From assembly GCA_963716395.1 (NCBI GenBank), contig OY970309.1, positions 911,989 to 975,988 of the forward strand: a stretch of DNA of 64,000 nucleotides. Reading direction: 5' to 3'. The notes below the pieces were generated by a model. It did not search any database, was not told the DNA's origin, and saw only the letters and a list, made by a program, of their open reading frames with translations. This stretch comes from an uncultured Fibrobacteria bacterium. GTDB taxonomy: Bacteria; Fibrobacterota; Fibrobacteria; UBA11236. Both the position numbers and the translations under genes were made by a program. Of this stretch, positions 9,735 to 18,839 are shown in pieces. The first letter of the stretch is position 1, and every line of letters begins with the position of its first letter.

Positions 9735-10685
9735 ATGAAATCCATTTCTCACTTGCATAAGATCCATCGGTTGCTTTCGGAATCCCAAAAATCCGGGATC
9801 ACCCTTCCCACCTTGCAACGTAAATCCGGACTTTCCCGGCCGACGGTGTACCGCGTCTTGAAGAAGTTGAAGGAATTGGGCGCCCCCTTAACTTCACCAC
9901 GCCGGGGGTTTTACGCGTTCGCCTCTGAAAGTGCCTTCGAACTCCCCGGCTTTGCCTGGCTTTCGGAGGGGGAACTCGGAACCTTGCTTGGCCTCATGGC
10001 CTGGCTTGGCCAGCCGGAATCCGAAGCCCTGGAAGAAATCATCGGCCCCTTCCGCAAACGCGTCGAGACCATGGCCTCCCGGCTGAAAATAGATGGGGAA
10101 AAGTTGCAGACCGCCATCGCTCTCTTGCCCATGCACGCCCGCGTCATTCGTCCCGGCATCCTGCGTCAGACTTGTGAAGGGCTTTTAAGCAACCGGAAAT
10201 TGCGCATCCGTTACGGCGATGAAGACGATTTCCTGGATCGCGAAGTTTCGCCTCAGAAACTTGTACGCTACCGCGATAACTGGTACCTGGATGCGTTTTG
10301 TCACGTGCGTCAGGCACTGCGAATTTTTTCTCTTTCCCGAATCCGGCGATTGGAATTGCTGGCGGAGCCGGCCGAATCGGTGCCCCGGGCGGAGCGTGAC
10401 GCTTTTTTCGCCACCTCCTACGGTATCTTCAGCGGTACGTCTCAACATACGGCCATCTTGCGGTTTACTGGTTACGCCGCCCAAGAGACAGAAGCTGAAA
10501 CCTGGCACCCTCTGGAGCAAAAATCCCGCGATCAAGACGCTCTGGTGCTTCGATTTCCCTATGGAGATTCCCGCGAATTGGTACGGGATATTTTGCGCTG
10601 GGGCCCAGAGGTCGAGGTGCTTGGTCCCGTGAAATTAAGGGATCAGGTGGCGGAAATGGCGCGGCAAACGGCCTCGCAATATTAA
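9735..10685 (+). CDS. HTH-WYL-WCX family transcriptional regulator (BrxR/CapW-like), divergent from cas3
   Basis: 316 aa. N-terminal HTH (LPTLQRKSGLSRPTVYRVLKKL), a central WYL motif (VRYRDNWYLDAFCHV), and a C-terminal extension. Confidence 0.8.
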   Translation: MKSISHLHKIHRLLSESQKSGITLPTLQRKSGLSRPTVYRVLKKLKELGAPLTSPRRGFYAFASESAFELPGFAWLSEGELGTLLGLMAWLGQPESEALEEIIGPFRKRVETMASRLKIDGEKLQTAIALLPMHARVIRPGILRQTCEGLLSNRKLRIRYGDEDDFLDREVSPQKLVRYRDNWYLDAFCHVRQALRIFSLSRIRRLELLAEPAESVPRAERDAFFATSYGIFSGTSQHTAILRFTGYAAQETEAETWHPLEQKSRDQDALVLRFPYGDSRELVRDILRWGPEVEVLGPVKLRDQVAEMARQTASQY

Positions 10686-10914
10686 GGTCCGGACAGCAGG
10701 AATTTTCCTGAAATGGCCGAGGCGATGTACCGAACATATCGAGGTGACCCTGTTCGAGTCCGGTTTTTCGAATCGCACCGCTTCCCCGAGCGACTTGTGG
10801 TGAGCGTGTCGAACCCAGTCGAGGGGTGGCGCGCTGACTCCGGACGAATTCCGCAGGCCAGGGAAGGAAAATTCTTGCCGGCCCCGAACTCGATTCCAAT
10901 TGAGCGGAGCTTCG

Positions 10915-11985
10915 CTAGAGTATTTCTACCGGCGATCGCGTCTTTAGCAACTCGATTAATTCCAGCACCCCTTCGCGTGTTAACCATCCCTTCGCATTGG
11001 AGCGCGTCGCCTGCGACAGGCGTTTGACGGCGGCAATTTCCTGGCGGAAAAGGTGTTCGTTGAAACGCGCCAGCGTGAAAAAACTGGAAACGCGGGGATC
11101 GCTTTTTTCCAAGATGGCGTCGGCTTCGGAACGCAAGGCGGCGACTTCGCGGCGCAGGCGCTTGGCATAGGCCTTGAGCGTTGCGATGGGCGTCACGGAG
11201 AGATAGGGGCCAATGGCATTAAGCGGATTGCGCGCCAAAATATCGAAGAGTCCGTGGAGGTTACGGGCTTGATAGGCCGCGCTAAGCTTCTGCATCCACG
11301 CGGTTTTTTCCGCGCGCAATGCCGGGTCGGTTTCCTTATCGGGATGCAAGGCGCGCGCGAGCAGCAAATACAGCCCGCGCATGTCTCCGAGCAGGGATTG
11401 CTCTTGTTCCTCCGCGCGTTGTTTCGCCTTGGTCTTTGCGCCGGTTCCGCGTTTTTGCTGTCGATAGCGACCGGGATGGTCCTCGGGTTCGGGGCCGGGG
11501 CCGGGTTCAAAAAATCCCATAAACTCATCGAAACTCGCGCCGAATTCTTCGGTGCCGGCCCGGATTTCTTCCCCTTCTTCGTCGCTTAGACATGGCAGCA
11601 CAAGAAAATCTTTGCGTAGATCCGAAAGATCCTGATCAAAGTTTTCCTCGAGTTCGAAGATCAACCATTCCACCGCATCGTGGATTTTGGCCGCTTGCCG
11701 GGGTTTCATCCAACCCGCTTTCAATTGGTTCAGCAAGGCGGTGAGGCAGGCCCGTTTCCACCGAACGACGTTTTCCAGCAAGGGGACGAATTCCGCGGCG
11801 AAACGCTCCTGGGCCTGCACTAAAAGCTTTTCATTGCGCGCGGCCTGTTCCCGGGCCTCGGCGACGCCGCGCATCAGCCGGGACAGTTCGCCAAGAACCT
11901 TGGCATGGCCCGCGGCAGGTGCCGAGTTATCCAATTCGAGGGTTGGCCCAATCGGCACCGGCGTTGAGTCTGACTTCGGATTCAT
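10915..11985 (-). CDS. J-domain (DnaJ-like) protein of unknown function
   Basis: 356 aa with an internal J-domain signature LYLLLARALHPDKETDPALRAEKTAWMQKLSAAYQ (HPD motif). The N-terminal half is coiled-coil/acidic with no recognisable domain. Confidence 0.6.
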   Translation of the reverse strand: MNPKSDSTPVPIGPTLELDNSAPAAGHAKVLGELSRLMRGVAEAREQAARNEKLLVQAQERFAAEFVPLLENVVRWKRACLTALLNQLKAGWMKPRQAAKIHDAVEWLIFELEENFDQDLSDLRKDFLVLPCLSDEEGEEIRAGTEEFGASFDEFMGFFEPGPGPEPEDHPGRYRQQKRGTGAKTKAKQRAEEQEQSLLGDMRGLYLLLARALHPDKETDPALRAEKTAWMQKLSAAYQARNLHGLFDILARNPLNAIGPYLSVTPIATLKAYAKRLRREVAALRSEADAILEKSDPRVSSFFTLARFNEHLFRQEIAAVKRLSQATRSNAKGWLTREGVLELIELLKTRSPVEIL

Positions 11986-12464
11986 TCCAGAAATAGACCA
12001 ATTTTCACATCAAACTTGCAGGACAGATTCCCCGCCTTCCACGCGATGCGTACGTAAATCAAACCCTGTTTTCCGACCATGGCCGTCCGCCCCGGCTTCC
12101 ACCTACCAATCCTAGGGCCTCAATGCCAGCACGACTCCCCCATTTTCCTCGCCCTCATTTCACTTTCCCCTGGCAGAATCGCCGCCCGATCCAGCCCAAG
12201 ACATAGCCCATCTTTTCTCCCGCAGGGTAGCTTACCGATGACCCAGTATTCGGACTAATCCGGATACTTCGTCCAATCCGTGTTTTCACCTTCGCCGCCC
12301 CATCAAGCCCTACAGCTTCGGTTTCGTGCGCTTCGGGTTTCACCCTCTTCGGCGGGCCGGTCGGTCCGCCGAAGACGGGATATCAGACCGGAGGGTGAAT
12401 GAAAAGAATCCACGGTGAATGGAATTACACAATTCCGTCGCGCCAAAACCGGCCGAAGCGGACC

Positions 12465-12956
12465 CTAAGGTCCGGCCGGCTGCGCTGCGACTTCGCGCGG
12501 CGGCAGGCATTGGGTGTTGTTGCAGGCCTGATAGCGCAACGAGACTTTCACGGTCTTCAAAGCCGCGGCGCTCGGCTTGCCGCCCTTGGCCTTGACCGGC
12601 GTGCGAATGTCGAAGGCGCCTTGGAACAAGGCCACCTTTCCGCCCAAGGCGGGAATCTCCTCGAATTCGGGTTTGGGGTAGACGGGTTGGCCGAAAACCA
12701 GACCTTGGCCTTCGGCATGCAGCACGGTGGGAATCAAAAACGAGTCGAGCGGCGCGAAGGATTGAATGTGCCAGTCTGGGGGCAAAACCACGTGCACCAC
12801 CAATTGCGACGAGTCGCCGCGAAAGCTCGGGGGGTCGAAGTGGTAACTCACCTGCGGCGTAATACCGGCACCGGCGGTCCCAACGGTGACAAAACCGGCG
12901 ATAGAACCGGCGACAAAAATGGCGATCGGCGAAATGAGGGCGAAACGAGTCGACAT
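12465..12956 (-). CDS. Secreted DsbD N-terminal (alpha) domain-like protein
   Basis: 163 aa. Signal peptide/TM (MSTRFALISPIAIFVAGSIAGFV). The C-terminal LRYQACNNTQCLPP resembles the DsbD-alpha Cys-x6-Cys-x-PP redox motif. Confidence 0.5.
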   Translation of the reverse strand: MSTRFALISPIAIFVAGSIAGFVTVGTAGAGITPQVSYHFDPPSFRGDSSQLVVHVVLPPDWHIQSFAPLDSFLIPTVLHAEGQGLVFGQPVYPKPEFEEIPALGGKVALFQGAFDIRTPVKAKGGKPSAAALKTVKVSLRYQACNNTQCLPPREVAAQPAGP

Positions 12957-13048
12957 GCTTTCTCCTGGCTGCGGAATTCAATTTACATGTCCGCTCCGGA
13001 CCGGCCACGACATTGACAGCGTGATCCGGAGCATCGTATCTTCGCCCC

Positions 13049-14392
13049 ATGTCCGGTCTCATGCGTTCGGTGTCGGGTATCCGTGGCGTGGTCGGTCCGG
13101 AATTCAATCCCGTTGTAGTGGCGGAATACGTCAACGTCTTGGTGGGCCAGCTCGGCGCCAAAAAAGTGGTGGTGGGCCGCGATACCCGTCCCACTGGCGC
13201 CATGATCGAGGCCGCCGTGGCCGCGGCCTTGCAGGCTTCGGGCGCCCAAGCCATCCTGCTGGGCATGGCATCGACGCCCACGGTGGAAATGGCGGTGCTG
13301 CAGCAAGGCGCCGACGCTGGCATCATCATCACCGCGTCGCATAACCCCGCGGAATGGAATGCGCTCAAATTTCTGAACGCCGAGGGTATTTTTCTCGACG
13401 AAGAAGAGGTGCGCCGCCTCTTCGCGTCCGTGGACGCGCGTCAGTTTCATTGGCAAGGCCATACCGGCATCGGTTCGCTGCGATCCGAGGCGGGAGCCGA
13501 CGAGGGCCATTTGCGCGCCATTCTGGATTTGCCCTTAATCGATGTCGCTGCCATCCGCCGCCGCGCCTTCAAGGTCGCCTACGACGGGGTCAACGGCGCC
13601 GGCAGTTTGATCCTCCCGCGCTTGCTGCGCGAACTCGGGTGCACGGTCGAAGCCCTGCATGTGACGCCCGACGGCTGCTTTCCCCATAACCCCGAACCCA
13701 CGCCCGAAAACCTGGCCGATCTCGCGCGCCGCGTGCGCGAGCAAAACTGCGATCTGGGATTCGCCACCGATCCCGACGCCGACCGCTGCGCCTTGGTCGA
13801 CGAGCACGGCACGGCCATCGGCGAAGAATACACGCTGGCCCTGGCGGTCGACTTCATGCTGCGCCGCCGGAAGGGCCCGGTGACCATCAACCTTTCCACC
13901 AGCCGCATGAACGAAGATTTGGCCGCGCGCTACGGGGTGCCGCTGACGCGCACCAAGGTGGGCGAAATCAATGTCGCGAAAGCCATGCAGGCGAACGGCA
14001 GCGTGATCGGCGGCGAAGGCAACGGCGGCGTCATCCTGCCGGATTTGCATTACGGCCGCGACGGCATTCTGGCCGCAGCCTTGATCCTTCAGTCTTTGAC
14101 CGAACGCGGCGGCGCGCTTTCCCAACTGGTGGCGGAAATTCCCGCCTACCACATCGACAAGCGCAAATTCGCGGTGGCCGGCAAAGACCCGCAGCGCATT
14201 TACGCGCAACTGGAAAAGACCTTCTCCGATGCCGAAATCGATCGCCGCGACGGGTTGCGCTTCGCCTGGCCCAGGCGCTGGGTGCATGTACGCCCGTCGA
14301 ACACCGAACCCGTATTGCGCGTCCTCGCCGAAGCGCCTACGCCGCAGGCCGCAGCGGAACTATGCGCCGCCGTGGAACAGGAGTTGGGATGA
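13049..14392 (+). CDS. alpha-D-phosphohexomutase family protein (phosphoglucosamine mutase/phosphomannomutase-like)
   Basis: 447 aa; active-site loop TASHNPAEWNALKF and a GEGNGGV sugar-binding motif. Immediately upstream of glmS, so it probably functions as GlmM. Confidence 0.85.
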   Translation: MSGLMRSVSGIRGVVGPEFNPVVVAEYVNVLVGQLGAKKVVVGRDTRPTGAMIEAAVAAALQASGAQAILLGMASTPTVEMAVLQQGADAGIIITASHNPAEWNALKFLNAEGIFLDEEEVRRLFASVDARQFHWQGHTGIGSLRSEAGADEGHLRAILDLPLIDVAAIRRRAFKVAYDGVNGAGSLILPRLLRELGCTVEALHVTPDGCFPHNPEPTPENLADLARRVREQNCDLGFATDPDADRCALVDEHGTAIGEEYTLALAVDFMLRRRKGPVTINLSTSRMNEDLAARYGVPLTRTKVGEINVAKAMQANGSVIGGEGNGGVILPDLHYGRDGILAAALILQSLTERGGALSQLVAEIPAYHIDKRKFAVAGKDPQRIYAQLEKTFSDAEIDRRDGLRFAWPRRWVHVRPSNTEPVLRVLAEAPTPQAAAELCAAVEQELG

Positions 14393-14479
14393 AAGGAAAA
14401 TTGCCGGCGTCGATCCGAAAATTTGCCCCGCGCGTGAAAAGCCGCCTCCGGCCGGCACCGAATTGCATTTTTTTCTGAT

Positions 14480-16303
14480 ATGTGCGGCATCATCGCCTAT
14501 ACCGGTTCGCGCCAGGCGGCTCAGATTCTGCTGGACGGGCTGCACAAGCTTGAATACCGCGGGTATGACAGCGCGGGCCTGTGCGTGCAAACCGATCATC
14601 ATCTCGATTTGGTGCGGGCCAAAGGCAAACTTTCCGAACTCGAAACCGCGCTGCACTCCCATCCGTTGCGGGGCACCGCGGGCATCGGGCACACCCGCTG
14701 GGCTACCCACGGCGCGCCCTCGGTGCAAAATGCGCATCCGCATCTCAGCATGAACGGCAAAATCGCGGTGGTGCACAACGGCATCATCGAGAACTATGCC
14801 TTGATCAAGGAAATGCTGAAGCAGGAGGGCGTGACCTTCCGGTCCGAAACCGATACCGAAGTCATCGCGCACCTGATCGCCAAATTCTACCGCGGCAGTC
14901 TGGCCCGGGCCGTGGCCGAGGCCATGACGCATTTGGGCGGCGCCTTCGGCATCGTGGCCATCGCGGCCGACGAACCCGGCGTGCTGGTGGGCGCGCGCCG
15001 CGGCAGCCCGCTGGTGTTGGGAATGGGGGAACACGAATTCTTTCTGGCTTCGGACGCGTCCGCCGTGGTGGAACATACCCAGAAAGTGGTGTACCTCAAC
15101 GACAACGACATGGTCGAGGTGAACGGCGGCTACCGCATCACCAACCAGGCGCAAACCGAAGTACACCGCGAAGTGCAGAACCTCGACATTCGCGCCGACC
15201 AGGTGGCCAAAGGAGACTTTCCCCACTTCATGCTCAAGGAGATTTTCGAGCAACCCGCGACGGTGATCAATTCTTTACGCGGCCGGCTGCTGCCCGACTT
15301 CGGCACGGCCAACCTGCAAGGCCTCAATCTCCTGACCCCGGAGTTGCGCAGCATTGAGCGCATCATCATTGTGGCCTGCGGTACCTCATTCTATGCCGGC
15401 AAGGTGGGCGAATACATCATCGAGGATTTGAGCGGCATTCCCGTCGAAGTCGAGTACGCGTCGGAGTTCCGTTACCGCAACCCCATCATCAACCCCAAAA
15501 CCATCGTGTTCGCGATTTCGCAGTCCGGCGAAACCGCCGATACCTTGGCGGCGTTGCGCGAAGCCAAGCAAAAAGGCGCCACCGTGCTCGGCATCTGCAA
15601 CGTGGTGGGCAGCAGCATCGCGCGCGAAACCGACGGCGGCGTGTATCTGCACGCCGGGCCCGAAATCGGCGTGGCCTCGACCAAGGCCTTCACCTCGCAG
15701 GTTACGGTACTCACCTTGATCGCCCTGCTGTTGGGCCGCATGCGCCGCATCAGCCAGGACGACGGCCGGCGTATCTGTGAAGCACTACAATCCATTCCCG
15801 CGCAAATCGAGGAGATCCTCAAACAAAACCAGGCCATCGCCGCCATCGCCGCGCATTACAAGGATCACCATAACTTTCTGTACCTGGGCCGCGGCTACAA
15901 TTATCCCGTGGCGCTTGAAGGCGCGCTGAAGCTCAAGGAAATCTCCTACATCCATGCCGAAGGCTATCCCGCCGCGGAAATGAAGCACGGGCCCATCGCG
16001 CTGATCGATCGCGACATGCCCACGGTGGTGGTTTGCCCCACCGACGATTTGTTCGACAAGATGCTGTCGAACATGCAGGAAGTGAAAGCGCGCGGCGGCC
16101 GTATTCTCGCGGTGACCGACGCCGAAGACGGGCAGCTCGAAGGCTTGGCCAATCACCTGATCCGCATTCCCAAAACGCGGCATAAGCTCAGCCCGCTCCT
16201 GACCGTGGTTCCGCTGCAACTGTTGGCCTACCACATCGCCGTGCTGCGCGGCTGCGACGTCGACATGCCCCGCAATCTGGCCAAAAGCGTCACAGTGGAA
16301 TAG
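14480..16303 (+). CDS. glmS: Glutamine--fructose-6-phosphate aminotransferase
   Basis: 607 aa; N-terminal MCGIIAYTG catalytic Cys, two SIS domains, and the canonical C-terminus ...AKSVTVE. Confidence 0.95.
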   Translation: MCGIIAYTGSRQAAQILLDGLHKLEYRGYDSAGLCVQTDHHLDLVRAKGKLSELETALHSHPLRGTAGIGHTRWATHGAPSVQNAHPHLSMNGKIAVVHNGIIENYALIKEMLKQEGVTFRSETDTEVIAHLIAKFYRGSLARAVAEAMTHLGGAFGIVAIAADEPGVLVGARRGSPLVLGMGEHEFFLASDASAVVEHTQKVVYLNDNDMVEVNGGYRITNQAQTEVHREVQNLDIRADQVAKGDFPHFMLKEIFEQPATVINSLRGRLLPDFGTANLQGLNLLTPELRSIERIIIVACGTSFYAGKVGEYIIEDLSGIPVEVEYASEFRYRNPIINPKTIVFAISQSGETADTLAALREAKQKGATVLGICNVVGSSIARETDGGVYLHAGPEIGVASTKAFTSQVTVLTLIALLLGRMRRISQDDGRRICEALQSIPAQIEEILKQNQAIAAIAAHYKDHHNFLYLGRGYNYPVALEGALKLKEISYIHAEGYPAAEMKHGPIALIDRDMPTVVVCPTDDLFDKMLSNMQEVKARGGRILAVTDAEDGQLEGLANHLIRIPKTRHKLSPLLTVVPLQLLAYHIAVLRGCDVDMPRNLAKSVTVE

Positions 16304-16396
16304 GAACTCCGCTTCGGAATCGAGGCGGACCGGCACCCGCTCCGGCGCGACCGGGGCGCGTGAATTTCGGGATTTCAATTTGCACTTTGGAACCCC

Positions 16397-17419
16397 ATGA
16401 CCGCGCTGAAACAACTGCTCGATCCCGCCTACGAGGTGCGGCTCCCGGTTTTCGAAGGGCCGCTCGATCTGCTGTTGTACCTGGTGGAAAAAAACGAACT
16501 GCATCCCAAAGACATCGCCATTGCCGACATCACCGACCAATACCTCGAATATCTGAATACCCTGGACGCGGCGCACCTGGCCCATGCCGGGGAATTCCTG
16601 GTGATGGCGGCACGCCTCATGCGCCTGAAGGCGCGCGAGCTCCTGCCCGCGGATCAAAAAGACGAATTGGAAGAGATGGAATATCTGCTCGACCGGCAGG
16701 CCCTGATCGCGCAGATGCTGGAATACCAGAAATTCAAAGAGGCGGCCCGCTCGCTGCGCGCCATCGAGGCGCGGCATTTCGGGGCTTTTCCCCGCGGCTG
16801 CGCTGAGGTGGTGTTCGGCGCAGAAAGCGAAGAGGGCGGCGAGGCCGGCATCTACGATCTGCTCACCGCCTTCCGCGCGGCCTTGGTGCAGGCGCCGCGC
16901 ATTCCCGTGCATGAAGTGGAGATCGACGACGTCACCATCGAAGATCGCATGCAGCACATCGAATCCGAACTCCGGCGCCGGCGGCGCAGCCTCTTTGAAG
17001 ATCTGTTCGAAGGCGACCCCCGCCGCATGGCCAAGGTCGTCACCTTCATGGCGATTTTGGAATTGTGCAAGCTCGACCGCATTCATCTGCGGCAGCATCG
17101 CGGCCTGGGCGCGATTTGGGTCTATGCGGCCGTCGCAGCCGAGGAGATGCCGGAGTTGCAAGCGCAAGCCGATGCGGCCGAACTCGACCCCTTGCCCGAA
17201 TTCCGCACCGGGCTGGTGGATTGGGTACAGGAGCAAATCCGCCATCGCAAGACCGAGACTTCGTGGGAAAAGGTGATCGCCGATCTGGCTGCGGAGTTGC
17301 AACACGATGCAACGCCCGATGCCGACGACGCTTTGCCGCCCTCGGGAACGGCGTTGCGGGCCGTGGCGGCGCCGGATGCGGGTTCGGAACCGGTGACCGA
17401 AAGCGAGGGCGACGCGTGA
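16397..17419 (+). CDS. scpA: Segregation and condensation protein A
   Basis: 340 aa; the ScpA family N-terminus (FEGPLDLLLYLVEKNELHPKDIAIADITDQYLEYL). Confidence 0.85.
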   Translation: MTALKQLLDPAYEVRLPVFEGPLDLLLYLVEKNELHPKDIAIADITDQYLEYLNTLDAAHLAHAGEFLVMAARLMRLKARELLPADQKDELEEMEYLLDRQALIAQMLEYQKFKEAARSLRAIEARHFGAFPRGCAEVVFGAESEEGGEAGIYDLLTAFRAALVQAPRIPVHEVEIDDVTIEDRMQHIESELRRRRRSLFEDLFEGDPRRMAKVVTFMAILELCKLDRIHLRQHRGLGAIWVYAAVAAEEMPELQAQADAAELDPLPEFRTGLVDWVQEQIRHRKTETSWEKVIADLAAELQHDATPDADDALPPSGTALRAVAAPDAGSEPVTESEGDA

Positions 17420-18231
17420 CCGAAAGCCGCGAAACTCCTGAGAGCGAATTCTCCGATGAGGACCCGAAACCCGGCGCCCCGCCCGCCGACAACGGCGATG
17501 GGGAAACCCCTCCGGTCGGCGAAGTCGAGGTTGAAGCCGCATCCGCCGAGGTCGGGGAAGAAGCAGCAGAGGAAGAGGAAAATCCGGTTTGGACCCCGGA
17601 ACCGGAAAAACTGTTGTGTGCGCTTTTGTTTGCGGCGCGTGAATACCAAAGCGCGCGGACCTTGCGCGACATTCTTGGCGAAGAGTGGGATACACCCCGG
17701 CTGCGGCGCCTGTTGAATTCGGTGAACCAAATGCTGGCCGATGCCGATTTGCCTTTCGAAGCCATCGAGGCCGAAGGCACCTTTCGCCTGCGCACGTCGC
17801 CGAAATATTTTCCCTGGGTGCGCAAGCTGTTCAAAGAACCTCCCCCGCGCCGGCTGTCGCAGGCCGCGCTGGAAACCCTGGCCATCGTGGCGTATAAGCA
17901 GCCCATCACCAAGGCCGAAATCGAATCCATCCGCGGTGTGCATGTCGACGGCAGTTTGAAAACCTTGCTCGACAAGAAACTGATCGACATCGGCCGCCGC
18001 TCCGACGCCATGGGCAACGCCTTCACCTACCGCACCACCCGCGAGTTCTTGCGGTACTTCGGCATCAACCGCATCCCCGACGACCTGCCGCGGCTTTCCG
18101 ACTTCGAAGGCATTCTCAATGCGCAAACGCTCTTGCCGCAAATCGGCCCGGGCGGCGAAGTGCGCTCCCTGACCCAACCCGAACCCGACTCCGAGCAAAT
18201 GTCGCTGGGCGTCGAATCCGGCCCGGCTTAA
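17416..18231 (+). CDS. scpB: Segregation and condensation protein B
   Basis: GTG at ~17416 overlaps the scpA stop. Acidic N-terminus followed by ScpB winged-helix regions (LETLAIVAYKQPITKAEIESIRGV...). The ORF-track start at 17065 is an upstream in-frame extension. Confidence 0.8.
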   Translation: MTESRETPESEFSDEDPKPGAPPADNGDGETPPVGEVEVEAASAEVGEEAAEEEENPVWTPEPEKLLCALLFAAREYQSARTLRDILGEEWDTPRLRRLLNSVNQMLADADLPFEAIEAEGTFRLRTSPKYFPWVRKLFKEPPPRRLSQAALETLAIVAYKQPITKAEIESIRGVHVDGSLKTLLDKKLIDIGRRSDAMGNAFTYRTTREFLRYFGINRIPDDLPRLSDFEGILNAQTLLPQIGPGGEVRSLTQPEPDSEQMSLGVESGPA

Positions 18232-18305
18232 TCAAGCCCATTAAAATCCCATTTTCCTGAATCCGAAATTCCCGCTTTCGGGTTAACGCTGGTTCTGCCT
18301 AGGGC

Positions 18306-18348
18306 TTGACACTGGGCCATTACATTTTTTATTATTAAACATATAGGA
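18306..18348 (+). promoter_or_regulatory. Near-consensus sigma70-type promoter and AT-rich leader upstream of the Rrf2-sbp-cysTW operon
   Basis: TTGACA (18306-18311), 18-nt spacer, TATTAT (18330-18335), then an AGGA Shine-Dalgarno (18345-18348). This is an AT-rich island in a GC-rich context. Confidence 0.55.
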
Positions 18349-18358
18349 TTAGTATGAT

Positions 18359-18811
18359 ATGATTTCGATGCGCACGAAATATGCTTTGAAAGCCCTGATT
18401 TATTTGGCCAAAGCCGGCGACGGCCCGGTACTGATCGGCGACATCGCCGCCCGCCAGAAACTGCCGCGCAAATTTTTGGAGCAAATCCTGGTGGAGCTGA
18501 AGAACCTGCGCATCGTGAAAAGCCGCCGCGGGAAAACCGGCGGCTACGCCTTGGCCAAGGATCCGCGCCGCATTCGCGTGGGCGACATCGTGCGCGCCTT
18601 CAACGGCCCGCTGGCCTTGGTGCCTTGCGTCAGCGTGACGGCCTTTGAGAAATGCCCGGAATGCGTCGACTTTCAAAACTGCGGTATCCGGCGCGTCATG
18701 AAAAAAGTCCGCGACGTAACTTCGGAGATACTGGACGGCACCTCGCTGGCGGCCCTGGCGGTCATGGAGGAGTCGGAAAGCGACGAGCAGGCGCTGATGT
18801 TCGCCATCTGA
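18359..18811 (+). CDS. Rrf2-family transcriptional regulator (IscR/CymR-like)
   Basis: 150 aa; MRTKYALKALIYLA... HTH and three Cys (C-x5-C-x2-C...C) in the Fe-S-ligand region. An AGGA Shine-Dalgarno lies 10 nt upstream. Confidence 0.85.
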   Translation: MISMRTKYALKALIYLAKAGDGPVLIGDIAARQKLPRKFLEQILVELKNLRIVKSRRGKTGGYALAKDPRRIRVGDIVRAFNGPLALVPCVSVTAFEKCPECVDFQNCGIRRVMKKVRDVTSEILDGTSLAALAVMEESESDEQALMFAI

Positions 18812-18839
18812 CCGTTAGGATCACCACTCTTTCCATCCC

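Noticed and set aside
11986-12464. RNase P RNA, tmRNA or SRP RNA in the ORF-free region
   Set aside because: The AGGGUGAA element recalls an RNase P motif, but the flanking conserved blocks (GGAAAGUCCGGGCUCC, GGUAAGAGCGCACC) are absent on both strands. tmRNA and 4.5S hallmarks are also absent. It is kept only as an unclassified structured region.
12983-13048. Possible sigma70 promoter (TTGACA...GTATCT) between the DsbD-like gene and the phosphohexomutase gene
   Set aside because: The -10 element is poor, so the call would be unreliable without transcription-start data.
12340-13510. Long Arg/Gly-rich minus-strand ORFs (12340..13368, 342 aa; 12983..13510, 175 aa) opposite the phosphohexomutase gene
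   Set aside because: Low-complexity, Arg-rich translations typical of antisense shadow ORFs in high-GC DNA. The plus-strand gene has clear family motifs.
14393-14479. glmS ribozyme upstream of glmS
   Set aside because: The intergenic gap is only 87 nt, and glmM-glmS appear co-transcribed. That is too short for the ~170-nt ribozyme core, and no conserved core sequence was recognised.
17065-17415. Upstream part of the ORF-track entry for scpB
   Set aside because: It lies fully inside scpA in another frame with an Arg-rich translation. The ScpB homology begins at the GTG at ~17416, overlapping the scpA stop.
15785-17695. 636-aa minus-strand ORF spanning glmS and scpA, plus similar shadows (13535..14287, 14360..15253, 17046..18198)
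   Set aside because: These are antisense to well-supported glmS, scpA and scpB. The translations are Arg/Gly/His-rich with no motifs.
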